Shown: positions 9,257 through 18,915 of the stretch, piece by piece
Numbering within the stretch: position 1 is the stretch's first letter
Layout: each line of letters opens with the position of its first letter
Origin: Chloroflexota bacterium
Lineage (GTDB): Bacteria; Chloroflexota; JAJPGV01
Direction of reading: 5' to 3'
Length of the DNA stretch: 64,000 nt
NCBI GenBank assembly: GCA_021325635.1
Contig: JAJPGV010000039.1
Span: 23,668 to 87,667 of the forward strand
Notes under the pieces: generated by a model
Seen by the model: the letters and a program-made list of their open reading frames with translations, nothing else
Told to the model about the DNA's origin: nothing
The model's database searches: none
Position numbers and translations under genes: made by a program

Positions 9257-10429
9257 TCACTTGGGCGAGGCCTGGCCCGCCTTCTCCAGGGCCCCGGTGA
9301 GAAGCGGCTCCAAGACGGACGACGTGATGCGCCCGTACTCCTCGGTCTGCGCGTTAACGTACTCCACCCCTGCCTTAGGCGAAAAATCGATCCCGTCCTT
9401 GGGAATGTCCATGCGCAGCGACGGTTCGCCGGTCTCCCGCTGCCAGGCCAGCTGCCCCTGCTTGGACAGCAGCCAGTTGATGTACAGCTTGGCAGCGTTG
9501 GGATGCGGCGGGCTGTCCAGAATAGCCACCGATCCCCAGCCGCTGGTCACCGGGGGCTTCTCCTTGAGCTGCTCGGCCGGGACCACGTCCACAGGCAGGC
9601 CCGTGGCTTTGGCCTTGACGATTTCCGTGCCGCTCACGAAGATGCTGACGGCGTACTGGCCCTGAGCCAGCCAGTCGATCATCTGGCGCTGGTCAGAGCT
9701 GAGCTTGAGGTTCGTCTCCCCATACAGTCGAGTCAAGAACGTGGGGCCCAGGTCAGAACTTTTGTAAATGTAGCGAGCTTGGGCCGCCCCGGTGCCGGGC
9801 CGGCGAATGTCCGTGGCGACGATCTTGCCCTTCCACTTCGGGTCCAGGATGTCCCACTGCGAGGTGAATTGCTTCGGATCCACGAGCTTGCTGTTGTAGG
9901 CGATAGGGGCACTGACCAGGCCCTCGAACTGCAGGTCGACGTATGGCTCGGCCGCGTCCGGGAACCAGAGCTTCTGCTGCAGCCAGGCCGACTCATCGAG
10001 CACTTCGGGCAGCATCAGCACCGGCCGAATAGGAGCCACCGCGCCGGATTGCTTGAGCGCGGTAATCGGGCTGGTCGTGCCGTCGACGAGCACGTCAGCC
10101 AGATACTTGTGTGCCGCTCGCTCGGTCGTGATGCGGCTGACCAGGCTCTGGTCGTCGCCAAAGTAGGCGTCGACCTTGATGCCCGGGTAGGCCTGCTCGA
10201 AGGGGCCGATCAGGGCATTCCGGTAGTTCCCTCCCGGTGGGCCATAGAGTGAGACCGTGCCCTCACGCTGGGCAGCCTGGACCAGCTGCTGCCAGCTGTC
10301 GGATTGGTTCGTGGCAGCCGCAGGCCGGCTGACCTGGGCAGGCAGGCTAACCTGGGCAGGTGCCGCCGCGCTTCCCCCGCAAGCGACCAGGAACAGGCAA
10401 GCAAAGACAGCCGTCGACAATCGCTTCAC
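9257..10429 (-). CDS. ABC-type extracellular solute-binding lipoprotein (Fe3+/thiamine/polyamine class)
   Basis: Lipobox LVAC, AAQREGTVSLY, DILDPKWKGKI, PHPNAAKLYINWLLS; GTG start at 10429 after GGAG. No cognate permease nearby. Confidence 0.85.
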   Translation of the reverse strand: MKRLSTAVFACLFLVACGGSAAAPAQVSLPAQVSRPAAATNQSDSWQQLVQAAQREGTVSLYGPPGGNYRNALIGPFEQAYPGIKVDAYFGDDQSLVSRITTERAAHKYLADVLVDGTTSPITALKQSGAVAPIRPVLMLPEVLDESAWLQQKLWFPDAAEPYVDLQFEGLVSAPIAYNSKLVDPKQFTSQWDILDPKWKGKIVATDIRRPGTGAAQARYIYKSSDLGPTFLTRLYGETNLKLSSDQRQMIDWLAQGQYAVSIFVSGTEIVKAKATGLPVDVVPAEQLKEKPPVTSGWGSVAILDSPPHPNAAKLYINWLLSKQGQLAWQRETGEPSLRMDIPKDGIDFSPKAGVEYVNAQTEEYGRITSSVLEPLLTGALEKAGQASPK

Positions 10430-10583
10430 AGATCTTCTCCCCCTGGGGGCCCAGCTCCCCCCGAGCACCCAGTCGAAATTTGCGGCATTCTAGCACTCCG
10501 CCACCAGCCAGCACCCGCCCGGATTTACGCGGCATCCGGAGCGGCGTGGCCGATTCGAGAGCGCCGAAGATCGCTGGTGCTAT

Positions 10584-11024
10584 CTACACGGGGAAAGGCG
10601 CGCACTCCGCGTGCGCCATATAGGGCGCGAGCAGCGCGGTGGCGTCGATATACCACGCGAACTCGCGATCCTTGGGCGTGTCCAGGGCCGGCGCGTCGGG
10701 ACCTGCCTCGATGGCCTGCCAGGTTTGTAAAGCCGAGGCATAGGCGCGATTTTCAGTAGCCTCACAACCCGCGCGGTTGGTAGTGAGCGTGGTGCCGATA
10801 TCCACGGCATGCTGGCCCTCGTGGGCCAGGATGGTGGCGAGAACGGCTGGATCGTTCGTCACCGGCGAAAGGCTGATCATCCGAGCGCGGGGATCGTACA
10901 GTCCCCAGGCGCCGTTCGGCACGGCTTTCTGGACGATGGCCACGTGGTGGTCGTTGATGTAGGCGACGGTGGTGGGTTGGGAAAGGGCAAGGATTGTGAG
11001 CGCAGACACGATGACCGGATCCAT
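10584..11024 (-). CDS. Small putative zincin metallopeptidase (HExxH)
   Basis: ILAHEGQH followed by a downstream E (TENRAY); hydrophobic N-terminus. Confidence 0.55.
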   Translation of the reverse strand: MDPVIVSALTILALSQPTTVAYINDHHVAIVQKAVPNGAWGLYDPRARMISLSPVTNDPAVLATILAHEGQHAVDIGTTLTTNRAGCEATENRAYASALQTWQAIEAGPDAPALDTPKDREFAWYIDATALLAPYMAHAECAPFPV

Positions 11025-11194
11025 GGATGCTGGGCATAGCTCCCCGTAGGTAATCCGGCAGATGATAACTGCTTGCCGTGCAGCTATCGGCCGGCGGGGT
11101 CTGCCCAGCACGAGAGCGCGCGCAGCGAAACGGGCCCGCCGCAATGCGGCGGGCCCGTTTCGAGGAAGTGAGCTGCACCCTCCCGAAAGGACGA

Positions 11195-13570
11195 TCAGCC
11201 AGACTTCTGCAGTCCTCGGACCACGGCGGACGAGGTCTTCGGCGGTGGCGATCCGGCCGGGCCAACGTCGACCGCGTTCACATAGCCGTAGTTACCGCTA
11301 TCCGGGTCGAGCACGAGGAGACGATCGCCAATCTGTGGCTCGACCACCTGCAGGAACGTGAACTGATCCTTGGTTCCAAAGGTCTGCGCATTCTGCACGT
11401 CGAAGCTGGACAGCACCGGAGCGTTGGGCGTGAGCGTCTGCACGTAGCCGACGGGGTTGGTAACCACCGCCATCACCGAGCCGATGGCCTGCGTGTTGTA
11501 GGTGATCGTGCCCAAAGTGGTGTCCAGCGTCACAGCGGAAGGCGGCGCCAGCACCATCGTGCCCAGCGGGAAGTGCAGCGGGTTGGCAATGTCCGGGGTA
11601 GTCGCGTCGACGAAGTAGGCGGCGGTGAGCTTGGTGGGGTCACCGTTTGCCTGGCCAACGTCGGCCGCGTTGTAGCGAAAGACGATCGGGACGGGCGCAG
11701 GGAAGGTCGTTACCGGATTACCGGCCTGGTCCTTGATGCTCACGTCCAGGACCGTGCCGTTGGGGCTGTACTGCGACGGGCCGCCCGGGATGGGCACGTT
11801 CGGCGGCTGAGCCTGCACGCTCATGGACAGCGGTCCCGTGAACCCGACCAGGGCCGCCGGCGGGAAGGTCACCACTACGTTGCCCGCGACGAACGTTCCG
11901 CCAGTCGCGGCATCCATGACTGCCGCCAGCGATATTGGCGCGGGGGCAAACAGGAAGTCCGGAGGTATGACGCCAGCGGGGAACAGTCCAGCGCCAGGCT
12001 GCAGGGACTGCATCGGTATTGGGGCCCCGGGCTGAAGAGTGAATCCTTGAGGGAGGGTCACGCCCGGCGGTAGGGTCACGCCAGGAGGAAGCTGGAACGT
12101 CCCCGTGGGTGGCCCGCTGTTCGGCGGAGGACCGCCTCCGCCCCCAGGCCCAGGCGTGGGTGAGGCATTGGCCTGCGTCACCGTGACAACGTTGGACCCG
12201 GCCGACGAGATCCCGAGCCCGGAGTCGCTGGCCGCGGAGACCATGAACTGATAGTCCCCAGGGGTTAAGCCGGTGACCGTGGCCGATCCAACGATGATGT
12301 CGGCCGTCCACTCCGACTCCGTGCCGGCCGTGAGGTTCGAGGCGAAGATCTGGTAGAAGGTGGGAACGGCGCTACCGGGATCAGTCGGAGCCGTCCAGCT
12401 CACCGTGGCTGCCCCTGCCCCGCCGCTCGCGGTCACGTTCGTCGGCGTGCCGGGAGGCGTGCCCGTTACCGTTGGCGCCGCGATAAACGATGACAGCATC
12501 GACCATGGGCCCGGCCCGCTGGCGTTAATCGCCCGCACCTGGAACTGATAGGAGTCGCTCCGCAGGCCAAATACGGCGGCCTGATTGCCAGTTACGTCGG
12601 GTATCACCCGGAAGGTAGCCGTCGCGGGCACGACCATGACCTCGTAGGCGGTGATCGGACCGGATCCCGTGTTGGCCGGAGGGATCCAGGTGACCACTGC
12701 TCGGCCGTAACCGGGTCTTGTCGCGCTTACTTCAATGGGCGCGCCGGCCGTGCCGATGATGATGGGGCCGCTCGACGTCATGGGGGCCCCGGCCCCGGCA
12801 GCGTTCAGGGCCTGCACCATGAAGCTGTAACCCTGGCCGTTGGTAAGACCAGTGACCGTGTAGCTGGTGGCGTCGGTGGTGTAGGTCTGCCCACCCGGTT
12901 GCACGGTGATCACGTACCCGGTGATGGCGCTGCTGCCGGAATCCGTCGGCGCCGACCAGCTGAGCATTGCCTGGCCGTCGCCTGCGGTCGCCACGAGTCC
13001 GGTCGGTGAGCCCGGAGGAATGTTCATGGGCGTTCCGGTCGGCGACGGGCTTCCCGGTGTGACCGTTGGCGGAGGCCCACCCGGCGTGCTCGTGGGCGTG
13101 GGGCTCATGCCAGGAGTGCCCGATGGAGTCGGGCCGGGCGGCGTGCCCGTGACAGTCGGACTCGGTGGAACGACCGTATCGGTCGGAGTCGGCGGAGGTG
13201 GTGTCGGCGTCGGTGGAACGACCGTGTCGGTCGGAGTCGGCGGAGGTGGTGTCGGCGTCGGTGGAACGACCGTATCGGTCGGAGTCGGTGGAGGTGGTGT
13301 CGGCGTCGGTGGAACGACCGTGTCGGTCGGAGTCGGCGGGGGTGGTGTCGGCGTCGGTGGAACGACCGTGTCGGTCGGAGTCGGCGGAGGTGGTGTCGGC
13401 GTGTCGGTAGGAGTCGGTGGGATGACCGTATCGGTCGGAGTGGGTGGCGGTGGCGTCGGCGTGGAGGTCTGTGCCAGGGCGACCGCCGGCACTCCGCACG
13501 TTGTCAGCCCTAGGACCACCAGCCAAACGAAGATGGCGCGCACGATGGTGCGCTTCGCGATTCGTCTCAT
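11195..13570 (-). CDS. Secreted surface protein: signal peptide, Pro/Thr tandem repeats, three fibronectin type III domains and C-terminal beta-rich domains
   Basis: Signal ending AVALA; three FnIII repeats (W.AP...G...ITGY...VTGL..G..Y.F.V.A.N..G.G). Confidence 0.85.
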   Translation of the reverse strand: MRRIAKRTIVRAIFVWLVVLGLTTCGVPAVALAQTSTPTPPPPTPTDTVIPPTPTDTPTPPPPTPTDTVVPPTPTPPPPTPTDTVVPPTPTPPPPTPTDTVVPPTPTPPPPTPTDTVVPPTPTPPPPTPTDTVVPPSPTVTGTPPGPTPSGTPGMSPTPTSTPGGPPPTVTPGSPSPTGTPMNIPPGSPTGLVATAGDGQAMLSWSAPTDSGSSAITGYVITVQPGGQTYTTDATSYTVTGLTNGQGYSFMVQALNAAGAGAPMTSSGPIIIGTAGAPIEVSATRPGYGRAVVTWIPPANTGSGPITAYEVMVVPATATFRVIPDVTGNQAAVFGLRSDSYQFQVRAINASGPGPWSMLSSFIAAPTVTGTPPGTPTNVTASGGAGAATVSWTAPTDPGSAVPTFYQIFASNLTAGTESEWTADIIVGSATVTGLTPGDYQFMVSAASDSGLGISSAGSNVVTVTQANASPTPGPGGGGGPPPNSGPPTGTFQLPPGVTLPPGVTLPQGFTLQPGAPIPMQSLQPGAGLFPAGVIPPDFLFAPAPISLAAVMDAATGGTFVAGNVVVTFPPAALVGFTGPLSMSVQAQPPNVPIPGGPSQYSPNGTVLDVSIKDQAGNPVTTFPAPVPIVFRYNAADVGQANGDPTKLTAAYFVDATTPDIANPLHFPLGTMVLAPPSAVTLDTTLGTITYNTQAIGSVMAVVTNPVGYVQTLTPNAPVLSSFDVQNAQTFGTKDQFTFLQVVEPQIGDRLLVLDPDSGNYGYVNAVDVGPAGSPPPKTSSAVVRGLQKSG
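13163..13462. repeat. 48-bp coding tandem repeat: five near-identical copies plus one diverged copy, encoding TPTPPPPTPTDTVVPP
   Basis: Unit cggtggaacgaccgtrtcggtcggagtcggyggrggtggtgtcggcgt starts at 13163, 13211, 13259, 13307 and 13355; the diverged copy starts at 13415. Confidence 0.95.
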
Positions 13571-13630
13571 GACCCTCGCTCCTCGAGATGGGTTGGAACA
13601 CCCTCTGCGGGCAAGGTAAGGCGACCCAGG

Positions 13631-13667
13631 TAAAGAACCGCTAAGAGCCGAAGAAATGTGCAGGAAA
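13631..13667 (-). promoter_or_regulatory. 11-bp-phased direct repeat array upstream of the FnIII gene
   Basis: + strand TAAA 13631, TAAG 13642, GAAA 13653, GAAA 13664. Confidence 0.5.
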
Positions 13668-13956
13668 TGTTTGGGTATAAATGCTCACTGGCGCAGTGCA
13701 GCCATTCCGGCAATGACAGCCAGCCGAACAGCAGAAGAGGCCCGGATTTGGGCTCCGAGCCTCGCGGAGCAGCCCGGCCTCCTGGCATTGGCTTGCTCCT
13801 CACGGTCCCAGGTGTTTCTCCCGAGCCCGCTCTGTACGTCAAGCATGTCTCAGCCGCCCGCAACGGCGCGCAAAGGACCAGCAAACGTTGAGTAACGGTT
13901 TTGTGCCACTTGGCCACTTGGACGATTGGCAGCGAGCATGCCCGTGGCCAGCCATT

Positions 13957-13982
13957 CTTAGGCGCCCTTTTCCAGCCGTTTA
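13957..13982 (+). promoter_or_regulatory. 11-bp-phased direct repeat array
   Basis: CTTA 13957, TTTT 13968, TTTA 13979. Confidence 0.45.
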
Positions 13983-14029
13983 CGGCTTTGTCGGCTGAAG
14001 CCGCCTATGCTGCAGATGGAGCCCAAGGC

Positions 14030-14491
14030 ATGGAGGCACTGAGCCGCGAAGCCGCGACGACCGTGTTGGCGCGAAACAGGCTAGGCCACCTCGGCTGTTT
14101 TTCCGTCAGCAGCGATCGCTCCTATGTCGTGCCCGTGTCGTACATCTACAGCCAGGGCTCGCTTTATGCCGCCTCAATCGCGGGACAGAAGCTGCGCTAC
14201 CTTCGCGAGCACCCTGCCGGCGTGTGCCTGGAAGTGGAAGAGGTTGACGATCAGCTCAACTGGACCAGCGTCATCGTCACGGGCCGCTTCGAAGAGGTGA
14301 CCGGCACGGAACGTTTTTCCCGAGCGGCGGATGCGCTGTACCGGGCGGTCCGTGGACCGCTTTGGCCTGCCCTAGCGAACACCGACATCCTGCAGGAGCC
14401 CGAGCAGGCCGTGCTGTGGGCTTTGCGCGTTGAGGAAATCAGCGGCCGGCGAGAAAAATGGGACCTGGCCGAAGCGTACAAGTACTGGTAA
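14030..14491 (+). CDS. Pyridoxamine 5'-phosphate oxidase-like flavin-binding protein (NimA/PNPOx_2)
   Basis: LGHLGC....YVVPVSY, GQKLRYLREHP.GVCLEVE, WTSVIVTGRFEE. Confidence 0.85.
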   Translation: MEALSREAATTVLARNRLGHLGCFSVSSDRSYVVPVSYIYSQGSLYAASIAGQKLRYLREHPAGVCLEVEEVDDQLNWTSVIVTGRFEEVTGTERFSRAADALYRAVRGPLWPALANTDILQEPEQAVLWALRVEEISGRREKWDLAEAYKYW

Positions 14492-14514
14492 ACGCACGTC
14501 ACCTGGGAGGAGGT

Positions 14515-15123
14515 ATGAGGCTGGCAATTGGCGTCATGGGCTCCTCCGGACCGCCGTACGAGGACGGCGCCTGGGACAAGCTGGTACAGCTCGGACGCCG
14601 CATCGCTGAGCGTGACTGCATCTTGCTCACCGGCGCCTGCCCAGGGTTGCCTTATGCGGCCGTGCAGGGAGTCAAGGAATGCGGCGGCCTCGCTGTCGGC
14701 ATTTCTCCGGCGCTCTCGCTTCAGGAGCACGTGCAGCGCTTCGACTCGCCGGCGGATGGTTTCGACGTGCTCATCTACACCGGTTCCGGCCTCATGGCCA
14801 GGGAGATCGAGAACATTCGCTCGTCGGACATCGTGGTCATAGCCGGAGGACGCTCAGGCACGCTGGGGGAATTCGCCATTGCTTACGACGAAGGCCGGTT
14901 GATTGGGGTGCTCACCGGGACTGGCGGCATCGCTGACGCCGTGGCGGACTTGGTACGGCTGTGCGCCAAGGACACGGGAGCTGCCGTGCTCTACGATGGC
15001 GATCCGGTGCAGCTCGTAGACCGGCTCATCGAGCACTATCAGACCGAGCACTTCAAGAAACCGAGCGTATTCGCACACAGAAACCGCCTGGAAGCGTTCC
15101 GTAAGATGAGCTCCGGCAGCTGA
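14515..15123 (+). CDS. SLOG/LOG superfamily protein (TIGR00725-like)
   Basis: IGVMGSS, LTGACPGLP, GLMAREIENIRSSD, GGRSGTLGEF; GGAGG RBS. Confidence 0.85.
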   Translation: MRLAIGVMGSSGPPYEDGAWDKLVQLGRRIAERDCILLTGACPGLPYAAVQGVKECGGLAVGISPALSLQEHVQRFDSPADGFDVLIYTGSGLMAREIENIRSSDIVVIAGGRSGTLGEFAIAYDEGRLIGVLTGTGGIADAVADLVRLCAKDTGAAVLYDGDPVQLVDRLIEHYQTEHFKKPSVFAHRNRLEAFRKMSSGS

Positions 15124-15138
15124 ATCGAGGCGGCAATC

Positions 15139-15771
15139 CTATTCGACGCCGGCAATATCGAGCTCTTCGACGACTTCGCGAACGCCAGGTAAACGGCCGG
15201 CAACCTCCTCCGCGTTCTCGACGTCCTCGATGCTCAGCACGCGACCACGCAGGTGCACGATCCCCTCTTCGACACAGACGCGAATCGGCAGATCGGTCGT
15301 GGCTGCGTCCTCGCGCAGCTCCCGGCGCACGGCTTCGGCCAGAGCATCGTCTCCGGGGCCCACGCCAGACACCGACGGCTCGACTTCAAGCGAATCCATC
15401 GACGTGGCATCGAATCCCCCAACCACCTCGCCGTTCTCCAGCACGGGATCCGTCGGCGGGAAGTACGTGCTCGCGCCATTGTCCTCGGGCGCTCCGAGGA
15501 CCACTGCCGGTTCCTGTCCGAATGGCTCTTCGAGATACTCGTATTCGCCGGCTTGGGGTTCAGCAGGCTCCAGCTCGACGACGTCGAGGTTGTTCTCAAT
15601 TCTTCTGTTTTCGGCCACATGCCCGGCGATCTCTTCGGCCAGCGAACGCTCGCTAAGGTCGTTTACCGTGCCGTCGAGCAGGACCCCCTCCTCCGTCAAG
15701 CCCACATGCACGTAGATGCCGGCCTCGGCCAGCTTGTCCTCAATTCGATCCGCCAGCGACTCCCGTTCCAT
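15139..15771 (-). CDS. Dual BON-domain protein with an acidic linker and no signal peptide
   Basis: VLLDGTV...IENNLDV and VHLRGRV...AGRLPGVREVVEEL. Confidence 0.8.
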   Translation of the reverse strand: MERESLADRIEDKLAEAGIYVHVGLTEEGVLLDGTVNDLSERSLAEEIAGHVAENRRIENNLDVVELEPAEPQAGEYEYLEEPFGQEPAVVLGAPEDNGASTYFPPTDPVLENGEVVGGFDATSMDSLEVEPSVSGVGPGDDALAEAVRRELREDAATTDLPIRVCVEEGIVHLRGRVLSIEDVENAEEVAGRLPGVREVVEELDIAGVE

Positions 15772-15780
15772 TGCACTCTC

Positions 15781-16734
15781 CTAATGCGACATTGCCACTA
15801 TTTCGGGTTCCCCGGCGACATGAGCCAGCACCTTGCGCGGAGCTGCCCGCTCGTCGGCAGCCGGATGAGCCGGCTCGTGTCCGAGCCGCCTCAGGGCTTC
15901 ACGGCCCAGAACCATCAGCGGCACATGGCTGCGCCGGAGAACCGCCTCGCCCACTGTGCTCATATGCTCACGATCCAAGGGCGTTCGTCCATGCGTCGCG
16001 AACGCGACCAGATCCACCTGCTCGCGCCCGCAAACCTCGACGATTTCGCGCGCCGGCTCGCCCAACGTGATTCTCTGGACCATGACCGGTCGCCGGGGCT
16101 CGTGGGCCTTCGTGGAATCGATCTCGCCGGGCGTCAATCCGTCAACCACCTGGCCGACAGCCGACAGCATCTTGTAGGTGGCGCGCTCCGGTTCCGGAAC
16201 AGGCTCGAAGACGTGGAACAGCAACACTTCAGCCCCAAACGCCTCGGTCAACCGGCGAAGGGGCGCCAGCACGGCCTCGGCGCGCGACGAGCCGTTCAGG
16301 GGCACCAGGATGCGTCTGAAACGAGGCAGCCCGGGGGCGTCCACGCTGGCCGGGATGAGAAACACCGGCACTGGTGAAAGGTCAATCACCTCTTCAGCCA
16401 CGCTGCCAAGGACGCTCCTCAGCAAGCCGGCGCGGCTGTGCGAGGCCATCACCACGGCCCACGCATCGCGCTCGCGAACTTCGTCGGCGATGGTTGGTCC
16501 CACGTAGCCGCAGCGACTTTGCGTCTCCGGGTCCAGGCCGTACTGCCGGCGCACGTGCCAGTACGCGGCGTGCAACGCTGCCTGCGCGTCACGCCCATTG
16601 TTGAAGCTGGGTTCGGGCTCATGCACGTGAAGCAGCACGAGCGTCAGGTCCATCTCGCGAGCCAACGTACAGGCCAACGGCAGCGCCCGCTCAGAAAGCG
16701 GCGACCCGTCAAGCGGCACGATGATGGCACTCAT
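15781..16734 (-). CDS. Universal stress protein (tandem USP domains)
   Basis: IIVPLDGSPLSERAL, MASHSRAG...LGSVAE; second domain ILVPLNGS. Confidence 0.9.
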   Translation of the reverse strand: MSAIIVPLDGSPLSERALPLACTLAREMDLTLVLLHVHEPEPSFNNGRDAQAALHAAYWHVRRQYGLDPETQSRCGYVGPTIADEVRERDAWAVVMASHSRAGLLRSVLGSVAEEVIDLSPVPVFLIPASVDAPGLPRFRRILVPLNGSSRAEAVLAPLRRLTEAFGAEVLLFHVFEPVPEPERATYKMLSAVGQVVDGLTPGEIDSTKAHEPRRPVMVQRITLGEPAREIVEVCGREQVDLVAFATHGRTPLDREHMSTVGEAVLRRSHVPLMVLGREALRRLGHEPAHPAADERAAPRKVLAHVAGEPEIVAMSH

Positions 16735-16887
16735 AGCTCGACCTCCCATGGGGTTCAGGACGTTCAGGACGAGCTGCGGAACTCAACCCGTATAGCGCTG
16801 GCGGTGGCCCTTCAGGAGAGCTGCCGCAAAGCCCGGATCTGTTTCGCCCTTCAGGCTTACCATAAGCAGTGGCTCACAACGAAGCCG

Positions 16888-16924
16888 TCAATCTGAGCTA
16901 AAGCTCCCGTTAAAGGGTCACGAA
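16888..16924 (-). promoter_or_regulatory. 11-bp-phased direct repeat array
   Basis: + strand TCAA 16888, TAAA 16899, TTAA 16910, CGAA 16921. Confidence 0.5.
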
Positions 16925-16939
16925 GCCGCGCCTGACAGA

Positions 16940-17827
16940 TCAGGCCGACAGCGCTGCCGGTCGCAGCACCAGGACCGGCATACTCGCCCGCTGCACGACA
17001 CCGAGGGCCACACTGCCCAGAACCACGCGGGCAACCCCCGAACGTCCATGCGTAGCCATGACAATGGCGGCGGCCTGCTCAGCCTCGGCCAGCTCAGCAA
17101 TCGTTGCCGCCGCATACCCCACCAGGGTGTCCGTATCGACAGCCCATCCATCCGAACCAAGCCGCTTTGCCCAGTCCGTGAGATACGGCTTGGCCTGTTC
17201 CACCCACTCCTCGACGTTCAAATAGCCATAGCCGGCTGGGACCTCGTAGGCCACGGCCGGCGGCGGCTCAATAACCTGCACCAGGCTCAGATTTGCGTCC
17301 AGAGCGCGCGCCAATTCTTTGGCCGGAACGAGCGCCTCCTCGGCCAGAGGAGAGCCATCCAGCGGTACGAGAACCGTGGACTTCCGGCCGTGCACCCATT
17401 CATGCTCGCAATGAGCAGGCACGAGCAGCAGAGGACGGCTCGCAAGCCTCAAGACCCGTTCGGCCACGCTGCCGTAGGCCCAGCGTGCCAGTCCGCCGCG
17501 CCCGTGCGTGGACATGACGATGAGGTCTAGGTCATGCGATTTCGCCACGCCATCGATAATCGACGCCGGCTCGCCAGGGAGGACTAGCGCCTCGGCCGAA
17601 ACCTGGTCTGCGGCCAGTCGTCGAACCTCGGCCTGCAGCTCCGCTTCGATCTCCGGCTTCTGGTCTAGCTCCCTCTCGATCGCTTCGTGGGGCGTGGAAG
17701 CCCAGGTTCGCACAGCTCGCAGGAGAACGAGGTGGCCACCAGCCACTTTCGCCAGAAAGGCTGCATGAGGCAGAGCCTTACGGGCCAGGTCCGAGCCGTC
17801 CAGCGGCACCAGTATCTTGGCGAACAT
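16940..17827 (-). CDS. Universal stress protein (tandem USP domains)
   Basis: ILVPLDGS, MSTHGRGGLARWAYGSVAE, MATHGRSG...LGSVA. Confidence 0.95.
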   Translation of the reverse strand: MFAKILVPLDGSDLARKALPHAAFLAKVAGGHLVLLRAVRTWASTPHEAIERELDQKPEIEAELQAEVRRLAADQVSAEALVLPGEPASIIDGVAKSHDLDLIVMSTHGRGGLARWAYGSVAERVLRLASRPLLLVPAHCEHEWVHGRKSTVLVPLDGSPLAEEALVPAKELARALDANLSLVQVIEPPPAVAYEVPAGYGYLNVEEWVEQAKPYLTDWAKRLGSDGWAVDTDTLVGYAAATIAELAEAEQAAAIVMATHGRSGVARVVLGSVALGVVQRASMPVLVLRPAALSA

Positions 17828-17852
17828 CGCTTGCTCCCGGCGAAGCCCCGGC

Positions 17853-18310
17853 CTAGAGCGGTGTCGCCACGGCGGGCAGGCCGTGGGCCACGATGTCGTT
17901 GGTGACGCCGCGCACCCCTTCGATGGCGCGCACCACTCGTTCCACGTCTCTGCGCTGGCGCTCGGAATCGACCGTACCGGTCAGCCTCACCCAGCCGGCC
18001 GAGACCGTCGCATGAATGCGTTCACCCGGCAATTGGCGATGGCCACCGAGCTCGCCCCGCACCAGCCGGGCGATGTCCGCATCGGCGTGTGCCAGGCTCA
18101 CCGGAAAGCGCACCACAATGTCATTGACAACGTCCTTTACACCCGGGACTCGGTGGGCAGCCTCCTGCGCCGCGGCACGCTGCGCCCAATGCTCCACGGT
18201 ACCCTGCAAGACGACTACACCATGGTCGACCTGGACCGTTATCGATGACGTGGGACCTGGCGGTCCCATTCCAGCTCTCGTACAACGCACTGTCGCAGAT
18301 CAGCGTCCAT
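17853..18310 (-). pseudogene. Dual BON-domain (OsmY-like) gene with a 1-bp frameshift near 18253
   Basis: RBS plus ATG at 18310 reads MDADLRQCVVRELEWDRQV, a BON N-terminus. The rest (TSSITVQVDHGVVVLQGTV) is in another frame; one extra base in GGG 18252-18254 restores the ORF. Confidence 0.75.
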
Positions 18311-18363
18311 AAGTCTCGTCCCCTTTCGGCCGGTCGCTCATCTCGATCATCCGCCGAGGGGCA

Positions 18364-18400
18364 TCAATTCGACGTTGACGCCGAGTGAAGCGCCCGTCAA
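18364..18400 (-). promoter_or_regulatory. 11-bp-phased direct repeat array
   Basis: + strand TCAA 18364, TTGA 18375, TGAA 18386, TCAA 18397. Confidence 0.5.
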
Positions 18401-18427
18401 ATCTGCGCCACGGTAGGAAGGCGGCTG

Positions 18428-18625
18428 TCAGGGGGCCCGGAGCATGAAAATCTGCCGCCGAAACTGGATGATCTTGCGCACGATCTCGTCGGCTGACTCG
18501 AGAACCACCATGCGCTTGGTGTGAGCGAAGGTGATCACCGTGTCAGGCGTCTCCTCCACGGTCTCAATGAGGTCGCTGCTGATGATCACCTTGGTGCCAT
18601 TGAGGCGAGTGACGGCAATCATCAC
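18428..18625 (-). CDS. flbD: Flagellar FlbD (SwrD) family protein
   Basis: MIAVTRLNGTKVIISSDLIETVEETPDTVITF...VVLES.DEIVRKIIQFRR is a close match to the FlbD consensus. Confidence 0.9.
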   Translation of the reverse strand: MMIAVTRLNGTKVIISSDLIETVEETPDTVITFAHTKRMVVLESADEIVRKIIQFRRQIFMLRAP

Positions 18626-18654
18626 AGTCGGCGTTGCATCGACCTACATGCGCC

Positions 18655-18915
18655 TCAGCGCTGCACCTCCGCGGCGGAGCGATCCACGAGGTAGCCTACA
18701 CAGCCGTCGAGGGTAGACATCCTGAGATAGTCGCGCTCCGGCACGTCGAGCCCAAACAGCTCATTGAGTCCAAGGGCGAAGTTGAGGAAGTCCATCGAAT
18801 CCAGGTCGAGATGCTCTCGCAAGTCCTGGCGCGGATCAATTGCCTCCAGGTCGGCCTCGGGCGCCATCCGGCCGAGCATCTCCAGCACCCTCTGACGTGT
18901 TTCTTCAGAGGTCAT
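18655..18915 (-). CDS. Acyl carrier protein
   Basis: LDLDSMD phosphopantetheine site; APEAD and PERDY motifs; start MTSEET at 18915. Confidence 0.85.
   Translation of the reverse strand: MTSEETRQRVLEMLGRMAPEADLEAIDPRQDLREHLDLDSMDFLNFALGLNELFGLDVPERDYLRMSTLDGCVGYLVDRSAAEVQR

Noticed and set aside
10490-10520. TAGCACTC resembling a CIRCE half-site
   Set aside because: There is no matching GAGTGCTAA arm, and it is not upstream of a chaperone gene.
13163-13462. Regularly spaced repeats resembling a CRISPR array
   Set aside because: The units are contiguous with no unique spacers, in-frame within a CDS, and no cas genes are present.
16750-16860. Short repeats (GCCCTTCAGG x2, GTTCAGGAC x2) and a 26-codon minus-strand ORF
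   Set aside because: Too short to distinguish from chance; no RBS or recognisable RNA structure.
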